Source: Bugula neritina
Lineage: Eukaryota; Animalia; Bryozoa
NCBI GenBank assembly: GCA_964035545.1
Contig: CAXIUT010000103.1
Coordinates: forward strand, 248,001-312,000
Direction: 5' to 3'
Length of the DNA stretch: 64,000 nucleotides
Shown: piece by piece, positions 1 to 10,400 of the stretch
Layout: each line of letters begins with the position of its first letter
Position numbering within the stretch: position 1 is the stretch's first letter
Program-made: the position numbers and the translations under genes
The notes under the pieces: generated by a model
Databases searched by the model: none
The model's input: only the letters and a program-made list of their open reading frames with translations
Told to the model about the DNA's origin: nothing

Positions 1-356
1 CACAGTGTTATATTTTGCTAGAGCAATAACTAATTTTAGATGCCTTTGCAAACATATGAGAAATAACTGAGTCATTCTATGAAAAGAGGTGTTTGCAGCA
101 CTTGTCCACTTTTGATTTACACGCGGCATGGAAACTTTTGTAGTTTTAAATAGTATCTCCAAACTCATCACTTGCATGCGTTTAGATATTTGATGAAAAT
201 TTTTATGCATAACTTGATGCCTGCTTCAAAGACACCAGTGCTTAGTTACTGTGTTAAATGTATTGGCACGTTGCCATGAGATATTTGGTAATATTCCGCA
301 TCACAACAAACTCTTCAGATAGTTAAGAAAATCAGTCTAGAAAGTTAATGAAATAA

Positions 357-365
357 ACCTACCAG
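357..365 (-). other. Consensus-like 5' splice donor CTG|GTAGGT (one per monomer)
   Basis: Plus strand ACCTACCAG at 357-365. The copy at ~36650 reads CTG|GTAAGT; the copies at ~16484 and ~58125 are mutated. Confidence 0.3.
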
Positions 366-753
366 AGAGAGTAAGCCAGATGTAACAAGTAGATCCAAAA
401 CAAGTTGATTAACAATTGAAGTTGAAATCTCCATGTAGTCAACACTTTAGTCCTAATGTCAAATGCAAACGTCTGCAACCAAACTGTGTAGACTTCATGA
501 GCTGGTTAGCTGACAGGACTCATTAAAGTTCTTGACTCTTGTGTGTATAGTGATGCCCATCTTGAACCAGAGAGGGCTGACTGAAGACTGCTACTTTGTG
601 AAAATTGACAATGCATATTATTATTATTCATTGTTGAGATTCACGACTGCCATACACAATGATAAAATATTCATTGTTGGTACTACTGAGTAGAATAAAA
701 TATAATATAATATTGTTTTCTGGACAGATAAATAATATCAAATGCATATTATA

Positions 754-762
754 ACTTACCAT
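754..762 (-). other. Consensus 5' splice donor ATG|GTAAGT (one per monomer)
   Basis: The plus strand ACTTACCAT at 754-762 gives a full GTAAGT intronic consensus. It changes to GCAAGT in the two diverged patches (~55840, ~63880). Confidence 0.35.
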
Positions 763-844
763 AAATCTACAGTGCTTCACATGTTCACCTTTTTCTGCAA
801 TGTTATTTCTTTGCAGTTAGAAGTACTAGCTGAATATACGACTA

Positions 845-1100
845 TGAAACAAAACCCTTCAATTTCATTGCACCAGCACCAGTTGCAAGATAGGTGTGTT
901 GGGAGTTATCTTTCCCAAAATTTTGTTCTTGGTGTTTATACGAAGCAGACACAGGCTAATATTAGTTTTGTAATTTGCAAGAGTTTTTCTGTCTGATTGT
1001 CCATCAGCAAAAGTTTTCGCCTTGCAGTTATTATGGAAATACCAGTGATGCTCGAAGACCTGTGCATTGTACACCTGCCTTTACTATTGAATTTAGATGT
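845..1100 (-). mobile_element. Possible highly decayed pogo/Tigger-like (DDE_1) transposase fragment, repeated in each monomer
   Basis: By eye, the minus-strand translations give ordered motifs NSKG[G/R]CT ... RRKLLLMDN-QTEKLLQ ... (frame change) PNTPILQ ... (frame change) AGAMKLKG[F/Y]. These recall pogo-family N.K[AG]W ... K.LL..DN ... PPNTT..LQP.D.G..K..K..Y. The match needs frameshifts and was not tested by search. Confidence 0.25.
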
Positions 1101-1108
1101 TTTATTTT

Positions 1109-1138
1109 CCCATATCCCCTCTCCTGCCCCCTGCCCCC
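1109..1138 (-). other. Putative G-quadruplex motif (one per monomer), containing the length-variable poly-C/G tract
   Basis: The minus strand reads G5-CA-G5-CAGGAGA-G4-ATAT-G3 in A monomers, G4-ACA-G9..14-CAGGAGAT-G3-AT-G3 in B monomers and G4-ACA-G6-CAGGAGA-G4-AT-G3 in right-hand monomers. Confidence 0.6.
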
Positions 1139-1156
1139 TCTAACAACCAGCAATCC

Positions 1157-1416
1157 TGACTCATGTGAGTTGTGTTATTGTTCTAGAGTTGGCCCATGGG
1201 CCTACAGTATACGATTTGAAGCTTTATAGTTTACAGGCAGTGGAGATGAGTCACTGCTGAAACCCATTTTATTAGTAGACTATATTGCTCTTCAATCATC
1301 AGTTTTCATATTAAAAGAGAAAGCTCATCTGCAGCGCCATTTCACAGTGTTATATTTTGCTAGAGCAATAACTAATTTTAGATGCCTTTGCAAACATATG
1401 AGAAATAAATGAGTCA
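1157..1416. promoter_or_regulatory. Cluster of three AP-1/TRE consensus sites (TGASTCA), repeated in most monomers
   Basis: TGACTCA 1157-1163 (overlapping M-box-like TCATGTGA 1161-1168), TGAGTCA 1247-1253, TGAGTCA 1410-1416 and minus-strand TATAAAG at 1228-1222. The motif match is direct; function is unproven. Confidence 0.4.
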
Positions 1417-4400
1417 GTCTATGAAAAGAGGTGTTTGCAGCAATTGTCCACTTTTGATTTACACGCGGCATGGAAACTTTTGTAGTTTTAAATAATACCT
1501 CCAAACTCATCACTTGCATGTGTTTAGATACCTGATAAATTATTTTATGCAAAACTTGATGCCTGCTTCAAAGACACCAGTGCTTAATTACTGTGTTAAC
1601 TGTATTGGCACGTTGCCATGAGATATTTGGTAATATTTCGCATCACAACAAACTCTTCAGAAAGTTAAGAAAATCAGTATAGAAAGTTAATGAAATAAAC
1701 CTACCAGAGAGAGTAAGCCAGATGTAACAAGTAGATCCAAAACAAGTTGATTAACAATTGAAGTTGAAATCTCCATGTAGTCAACACTTTAGTCCTAATG
1801 TCAAATGCAAACGTCTGCAACCAAACTGTGTAGACTTCATGAGCTGGTTAGCTGACAGGACTCATTAAAGTTCTTGACTCTTGTGTGTATAGTGATGCCC
1901 ATCTTGAACCAGAGAAGGCTGACTGAAGACTGCTACTTTGTGAAAATTGACAATGCATATTATTATTATTCATTGTTGAGATTCACGACTGCCATACACA
2001 ATGATAAAATATTCATTGTTGGTACTACTGAGTAGAATAAAATATAATATAATATTATTTTCTGGACAGATAAATAATATCAAATGCATATTATAACTTA
2101 CCATAAATCTACAGTGCTTCACATCTTCACCTTTTTCTGCAATGTTATTTCTTTGCAGTTAGAAGTACTAGCTGAATATACGACTATGAAACAAAACCCT
2201 TCAATTTCATTGCACCAGCACCAGTTGCAAGATAGGTGTGTTGGGAGTTATCTTTCCCAAAATTTTGTTCTTGGTGTTTATACGAAGCAGACACAGGCTA
2301 ATATTAGTTTTGTAATTTGCAAAAGTTTTTCTGTCTGATTGTCCATCAGCAAAAGTTTTCGCCTTGCAGTTATTATGGAAATACCAGTGATGCTGGAAGA
2401 CCTTTGCATTGTACACCCGCTTTTACTATTGAATTTAGATGTTTCATTTTCCCATCCCATCTCCTGCCCCCCCCCCCCCCTGTCCCCTCTAACAACCAGC
2501 AATCCTGACTCATGTGAATTGTGTTATTGTTCTAGAGTTGGCCCATGGGCCTACAGTATACGATTTGAAGCTTTATAGTTTACAGGCAGTGGAGATGAGT
2601 CACTGCTGAAACCCATTTTATTAGTAGACTATATTGCTCTTCAATCATCAGTTTTCATATTAAAAGAGAAAGCTCATCTGCAGCGCCATTTCACAGTGTT
2701 ATATTTTGCTAGAGCAATAACTAATTTTAGATGCCTTTGCAAACATATGAGAAATAACTGAGTCATTCTATGAAAAGAGGTGTTTGCAGCACTTGTCCAC
2801 TTTTGATTTACACGCGGCATGGAAACTTTTGTAGTTTTAAATAGTATCTCCAAACTCATCACTTGCATGCGTTTAGATATTTGATGAAAATTTTTATGCA
2901 TAACTTGATGCCTGCTTCAAAGACACCAGTGCTTAGTTACTGTGTTAAATGTATTGGCACGTTGCCATGAAATATTTGGTAATATTCCGCATCACAACAA
3001 ACTCTTCAGATAGTTAAGAAAATCAGTCTAGAAAGTTAATGAAATAAACCTACCAGAGAGAGTAAGCTAGATGTAACAAGTAGATCCAAAACAAGTTGAT
3101 TAACAATTGAAGTTGAAATCTCCATGTAGTCAACACTTTAGTCCTAATGTCAAATGCAAACGTCTGCAACCAAACTGTGTAGACTTCATGAGCTGGTTAG
3201 CTGACAGGACTCATTAAAGTTCTTGACTCTTGTGTGTATAGTGATGCCCATCTTGAACCAGAGAGGGCTGACTGAAGACTGCTACTTTGTGAAAATTGAC
3301 AATGCATATTATTATTATTCATTGTTGAGATTCACGACTGCCATACACAATGATAAAATATTCATTGTTGGTACTACTGAGTAGAATAAAATATAATATA
3401 ATATTATTTTCTGGACAGATAAATAATATCAAATGCATATTATAACTTACCATAAATCTACAGCGCTCCACATCTTCACCTTTTTCTGCAATGTTATTTC
3501 TTTGCAGTTAGAAGTACTAGCTGAATATACGACTATGAAACAAAACCCTTCAATTTCATTGCACCAGCACCAGTTGCAAGATAGGTGTGTTGGGAGTTAT
3601 CTTTCCCAAAATTTTGTTCTTGGTGTTTATACGAAGCAGACACAGGCTAATATTAGTTTTGTAATTTGCAAGAGTTTTTCTGTCTGATTGTCCATCAGCA
3701 AAAGTTTTCGCCTTGCAGTTATTATGGAAATACCAGTGATGCTCGAAGACCTGTGCATTGTACACCTGCCTTTACTATTGAATTTAGATGTTTTATTTTC
3801 CCATATCCCCTCTCCTGCCCCCTGCCCCCTCTAACAACCAGCAATCCTGACTCATGTGAGTTGTGTTATTGTTCTAGAGTTGGCCCATGGGCCTACAGTA
3901 TACGATTTGAAGCTTTATAGTTTACAGGCAGTGGAGATGAGTCACTGCTGAAACCCATGTTATTAGTAGACTATATTGCTCTTCAATCATCAGTTTTCAT
4001 ATTAAAAGAGAAAGCTCATCTGCAGCGCCATTTCACAGTGTTATATTTTGCTAGAGCAATAACTAATTTTAGATGCCTTTGCAAACATATGAGAAATAAC
4101 TGAGTCATTCTATGAAAAGAGGTGTTTGCAGCACTTGTCGACTTTTGATTTACACGCGGCATGGAAACTTTTGTAGTTTTAAATAATATCTCCAAACTCA
4201 TCACTTGCATGTGTTTAGATACTTGATGAAAATTTTTATGCATAACTTGATGCCTGCTTCAAAGACACCAGTGCTTAGTTACTGTGTTAAATGTATTGGC
4301 ACGTTGCCATGAGATATTTGGTAATATTTCACATCACAACAAACTCTTCAGAAAGTTAAGAAAATCAGTCTAGAAAGTTAATGAAATAAACCTACCAGAG

Positions 4401-7400
4401 AGAGTAAGCCAGATGTAACAAGTAGATCCAAAACAAGTTGATTAACAATTGAAGTTGAAATCTCCATGTAGTCAACACTTTAGTCCTAATGTCAAATGCA
4501 AACGTCTGCAACCAAACTGTGTAGACTTCATGAGCTGGTTAGCTGACAGGACTCATTAAAGTTCTTGACTCTTGTGTGTATAGTGATGCCCATCTTGAAC
4601 CAGAGAAGGCTGACTGAAGACTGCTACTTTGTGAAAATTGACAATGCATATTATTATTATTCATTGTTGAGATTCACGACTGCCATACACAATGATAAAA
4701 TATTCATTGTTGGTACTACTGAGTAGAATAAAATATAATATAATATTATTTTCTGGACAGATAAATAATATCAAATGCATATTATAACTTACCATAAATC
4801 TACAGTGCTTCACATCTTCACCTTTTTCTGCAATGTTATTTCTTTGCAGTTAGAAGTACTAGCTGAATATACGACTATGAAACAAAACCCTTCAAGTTCA
4901 TTGCACCAGCACCAGTTGCAAGATAGGTGTGTTGGGAGTTATCTTTCCCAAAATTTTGTTCTTGGTGTTTATACGAAGCAGACACAGGCTAATATTAGTT
5001 TTGTAATTTGCAAGAGTTTTTCTGTCTGATTGTCCATCAGCAAAAGTTTTCGCCTTGCAGTTATTATGGAAATACCAGTGATGCTGGAAGACCTTTGCAT
5101 TGTACACCCGCTTTTACTATTGAATTTAGATGTTTCATTTTCCCATCCCATCTCCTGCCCCCCCCCCTGTCCCCTCTAACAACCAGCAATCCTGACTCAT
5201 GTGAATTGTGTTATTGTTCTAGAGTTGGCCCATGGGCCTACAGTATACGATTTGAAGCTTTATAGTTTACAGGCAGTGGAGATGAGTCACTGCTGAAACC
5301 CATTTTATTAGTAGACTATATTGCTCTTCAATCATCAGTTTTCATATTAAAAGAGAAAGCTCATCTGCAGCGCCATTTCACAGTGTTATATTTTGCTAGA
5401 GCAATAACTAATTTTAGATGCCTTTGCAAACATATGAGAAATAACTGAGTCATTCTATGAAAAGAGGTGTTTGCAGCACTTGTCCACTTTTGATTTACAC
5501 GCGGCATGGAAACTTTTGTAGTTTTAAATAGTATCTCCAAACTCATCACTTGCATGCGTTTAGATATTTGATGAAAATTTTTATGCATAACTTGATGCCT
5601 GCTTCAAAGACACCAGTGCTTAGTTACTGTGTTAAATGTATTGGCACGTTGCCATGAGATATTTGGTAATATTCAGCATCACAACAAACTCTTCAGATAG
5701 TTAAGAAAATCAGTCTAGAAAGTTAATGAAATAAACCTACCAGAGAGAGTAAGCCAGATGTAACAAGTAGATCCAAAACAAGTTGATTAACAATTGAAGT
5801 TGAAATCTCCATGTAGTCAACACTTTAGTCCTAATGTCAAATGCAAACGTCTGCAACCAAACTGTGTAGACTTCATGAGCTGGTTAGCTGACAGGACTCA
5901 TTAAAGTTCTTGACTCTTGTGTGTATAGTGATGCCCATCTTGAACCAGAGAGGGCTGACTGAAGACTGCTACTTTGTGAAAATTGACAATGCATATTATT
6001 ATTATTCATTGTTGAGATTCACGACTGCCATACACAATGATAAAATATTCATTGTTGGTACTACTGAGTAGAATAAAATATAATATAATATTATTTTCTG
6101 GACAGATAAATAATATCAAATGCATATTATAACTTACCATAAATCTACAGTGCTTCACATCTTCACCTTTTTCTGCAATGTTATTTCTTTGCAGTTAGAA
6201 GTACTAGCTGAATATACGACTATGAAACAAAACCCTTCAATTTCATTGCACCAGCACCAGTTGCAAGATAGGTGTGTTGGGAGTTATCTTTCCCAAAATT
6301 TTGTTCTTGGTGTTTATACGAAGCAGACACAGGCTAATATTAGTTTTGTAATTTGCAAGAGTTTTTCTGTCTGATTGTCCATCAGCAAAAGTTTTCGCCT
6401 TGCAGTTATTATGGAAATACCAGTGATGCTCGAAGACCTGTGCATTGTACACCTGCCTTTACTATTGAATTTAGATGTTTTATTTTCCCATATCCCCTCT
6501 CCTGCCCCCTGCCCCCTCTAACAACCAGCAATCCTGACTCATGTGAGTTGTGTTATTGTTCTAGAGTTGGCCCATGGGCCTACAGTATACGATTTGAAGC
6601 TTTATAGTTTACAGGCAGTGGAGATGAGTCACTGCTGAAACCCATGTTATTAGTAGACTATATTGCTCTTCAATCATCAGTTTTCATATTAAAAGAGAAA
6701 GCTCATCTGCAGCGCCATTTCACAGTGTTATATTTTGCTAGAGCAATAACTAATTTTAGATGCCTTTGCAAACATATGAGAAATAACTGAGTCATTCTAT
6801 GAAAAGAGGTGTTTGCAGCACTTGTCGACTTTTGATTTACACGCGGCATGGAAACTTTTGTAGTTTTAAATAATATCTCCAAACTCATCACTTGCATGTG
6901 TTTAGATACTTGATGAAAATTTTTATGCATAACTTGATGCCTGCTTCAAAGACACCAGTGCTTAGTTACTGTGTTAAATGTATTGGCACGTTGCCATGAG
7001 ATATTTGGTAATATTTCGCATCACAACAAACTCTTCAGAAAGTTAAGAAAATCAGTCTAGAAAGTTAATGAAATAAACCTACCAGAGAGAGTAAGCCAGA
7101 TGTAACAAGTAGATCCAAAACAAGTTGATTAACAATTGAAGTTGAAATCTCCATGTAGTCAACACTTTAGTCCTAATGTCAAATGCAAACGTCTGCAACC
7201 AAACTGTGTAGACTTCATGAGCTGGTTAGCTGACAGGACTCATTAAAGTTCTTGACTCTTGTGTGTATAGTGATGCCCATCTTGAACCAGAGAAGGCTGA
7301 CTGAAGACTGCTACTTTGTGAAAATTGACAATGCATATTATTATTATTCATTGTTGAGATTCACGACTGCCATACACAATGATAAAATATTCATTGTTGG

Positions 7401-7461
7401 TACTACTGAGTAGAATAAAATATAATATAATATTATTTTCTGGACAGATAAATAATATCAA

Positions 7462-10400
7462 ATGCATATTATAACTTACCATAAATCTACAGTGCTTCAC
7501 ATCTTCACCTTTTTCTGCAATGTTATTTCTTTGCAGTTAGAAGTACTAGCTGAATATACGACTATGAAACAAAACCCTTCAATTTCATTGCACCAGCACC
7601 AGTTGCAAGATAGGTGTGTTGGGAGTTATCTTTCCCAAAATTTTGTTCTTGGTGTTTATACGAAGCAGACACAGGCTAATATTAGTTTTGTAATTTGCAA
7701 GAGTTTTTCTGTCTGATTGTCCATCAGCAAAAGTTTTCGCCTTGCAGTTATTATGGAAATACCAGTGATGCTCGAAGACCTGTGCATTGTACACCTGCCT
7801 TTACTATTGAATTTAGATGTTTTATTTTCCCATATCCCCTCTCCTGCCCCCTGCCCCCTCTAACAACCAGCAATCCTGACTCATGTGAGTTGTGTTATTG
7901 TTCTAGAGTTGGCCCATGGGCCTACAGTATACGATTTGAAGCTTTATAGTTTACAGGCAGTGGAGATGAGTCACTGCTGAAACCCATGTTATTAGTAGAC
8001 TATATTGCTCTTCAATCATCAGTTTTCATATTAAAAGAGAAAGCTCATCTGCAGCGCCATTTCACAGTGTTATATTTTGCTAGAGCAATAACTAATTTTA
8101 GATGCCTTTGCAAACATATGAGAAATAACTGAGTCATTCTATGAAAAGAGGTGTTTGCAGCACTTGTCGACTTTTGATTTACACGCGGCATGGAAACTTT
8201 TGTAGTTTTAAATAATATCTCCAAACTCATCACTTGCATGTGTTTAGATACTTGATGAAAATTTTTATGCATAACTTGATGCCTGCTTCAAAGACACCAG
8301 TGCTTAGTTACTGTGTTAAATGTATTGGCACGTTGCCATGAGATATTTGGTAATATTTCGCATCACAACAAACTCTTCAGAAAGTTAAGAAAATCAGTCT
8401 AGAAAGTTAATGAAATAAACCTACCAGAGAGAGTAAGCCAGATGTAACAAGTAGATCCAAAACAAGTTGATTAACAATTGAAGTTGAAATCTCCATGTAG
8501 TCAACACTTTAGTCCTAATGTCAAATGCAAACGTCTGCAACCAAACTGTGTAGACTTCATGAGCTGGTTAGCTGACAGGACTCATTAAAGTTCTTGACTC
8601 TTGTGTGTATAGTGATGCCCATCTTGAACCAGAGAAGGCTGACTGAAGACTGCTACTTTGTGAAAATTGACAATGCATATTATTATTATTCATTGTTGAG
8701 ATTCACGACTGCCATACACAATGATAAAATATTCATTGTTGGTACTACTGAGTAGAATAAAATATAATATAATATTATTTTCTGGACAGATAAATAATAT
8801 CAAATGCATATTATAACTTACCATAAATCTACAGTGCTTCACATCTTCACCTTTTTCTGCAATGTTATTTCTTTGCAGTTAGAAGTACTAGCTGAATATA
8901 CGACTATGAAACAAAACCCTTCAATTTCATTGCACCAGCACCAGTTGCAAGATAGGTGTGTTGGGAGTTATCTTTCCCAAAATTTTGTTCTTGGTGTTTA
9001 TACGAAGCAGACACAGGCTAATATTAGTTTTGTAATTTGCAAGAGTTTTTCTGTCTGATTGTCCATCAGCAAAAGTTTTCGCCTTGCAGTTATTATGGAA
9101 ATACCAGTGATGCTGGAAGACCTTTGCATTGTACACCCGCTTTTACTATTGAATTTAGATGTTTCATTTTCCCATCCCATCTCCTGCCCCCCCCCCTGTC
9201 CCCTCTAACAACCAGCAATCCTGACTCATGTGAATTGTGTTATTGTTCTAGAGTTGGCCCATGGGCCTACAGTATACGATTTGAAGCTTTATAGTTTACA
9301 GGCAGTGGAGATGAGTCACTGCTGAAACCCATTTTATTAGTAGACTATATTGCTCTTCAATCATCAGTTTTCATATTAAAAGAGAAAGCTCATCTGCAGC
9401 GCCATTTCACAGTGTTATATTTTGCTAGAGCAATAACTAATTTTAGATGCCTTTGCAAACATATGAGAAATAACTGAGTCATTCTATGAAAAGAGGTGTT
9501 TGCAGCACTTGTCCACTTTTGATTTACACGCGGCATGGAAACTTTTGTAGTTTTAAATAGTATCTCCAAACTCATCACTTGCATGCGTTTAGATATTTGA
9601 TGAAAATTTTTATGCATAACTTGATGCCTGCTTCAAAGACACCAGTGCTTAGTTACTGTGTTAAATGTATTGGCACGTTGCCATGAGATATTTGGTAATA
9701 TTCCGCATCACAACAAACTCTTCAGATAGTTAAGAAAATCAGTCTAGAAAGTTAATGAAATAAACCTACCAGAGAGAGTAAGCCAGATGTAACAAGTAGA
9801 TCCAAAACAAGTTGATTAACAATTGAAGTTGAAATCTCCATGTAGTCAACACTTTAGTCCTAATGTCAAATGCAAACGTCTGCAACCAAACTGTGTAGAC
9901 TTCATGAGCTGGTTAGCTGACAGGACTCATTAAAGTTCTTGACTCTTGTGTGTATAGTGATGCCCATCTTGAACCAGAGAGGGCTGACTGAAGACTGCTA
10001 CTTTGTGAAAATTGACAATGCATATTATTATTATTCATTGTTGAGATTCACGACTGCCATACACAATGATAAAATATTCATTGTTGGTACTACTGAGTAG
10101 AATAAAATATAATATAATATTATTTTCTGGACAGATAAATAATATCAAATGCATATTATAACTTACCATAAATCTACAGTGCTTCACATCTTCACCTTTT
10201 TCTGCAATGTTATTTCTTTGCAGTTAGAAGTACTAGCTGAATATACGACTATGAAACAAAACCCTTCAATTTCATTGCACCAGCACCAGTTGCAAGATAG
10301 GTGTGTTGGGAGTTATCTTTCCCAAAATTTTGTTCTTGGTGTTTATACGAAGCAGACACAGGCTAATATTAGTTTTGTAATTTGCAAGAGTTTTTCTGTC

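Noticed and set aside
80-140. AAGTGCT seed on the minus strand (miR-430/427/302-type cluster hypothesis)
   Set aside because: The flanks form no pre-miRNA-quality hairpin, and the seed is mutated in the GCAATTG haplotype.
791-899. Plus-strand acceptor TTTCTTTGCAG (816) with weak donor AG|GTGTGT (893/894)
   Set aside because: The acceptor is good, but the donor is weak and mutated in D-type copies, and no coherent plus-strand gene model results. It cannot be excluded without RNA data.
742-996. 84-aa plus-strand ORF MHIITY...KSFSV, in frame through one TGA with LSISKSFRL...
   Set aside because: It is broken by stops in D-type monomers, the ATG is lost in the diverged patches, and it has no known homology.
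875-996. Plus-strand double hairpin with an H-box-like ATACGA (H/ACA snoRNA candidate)
   Set aside because: No ACA box follows the second hairpin, and D-type substitutions break pairings rather than compensating.
865-1074. 69-aa minus ORF with FADGQSDRKTLANY, faintly like ubiquitin FAGKQLEDGRTLSDY
   Set aside because: The similarity is limited to about 14 residues, there is no LRGG tail or N-terminal half, and D-type copies have a stop.
1191-1202. 12-bp palindrome GGCCCATGGGCC
   Set aside because: A palindrome of this length is not unlikely by chance in 1.3 kb, and it is broken in several right-hand monomers.
1299-1513. Minus-strand box C (GTGATGA) and box D (CTGA) about 215 nt apart
   Set aside because: There is no terminal stem and no U3/U8 or rRNA-complementary guide sequence recognised.
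1325-1552. 75-aa minus-strand ORF MHKNFHQ...KWRCR, open in every monomer
   Set aside because: The start is TTG rather than ATG in many copies, variants are mostly non-synonymous (about 16 against 4 silent), and no domain is recognisable. Recurrence only reflects the repeat.
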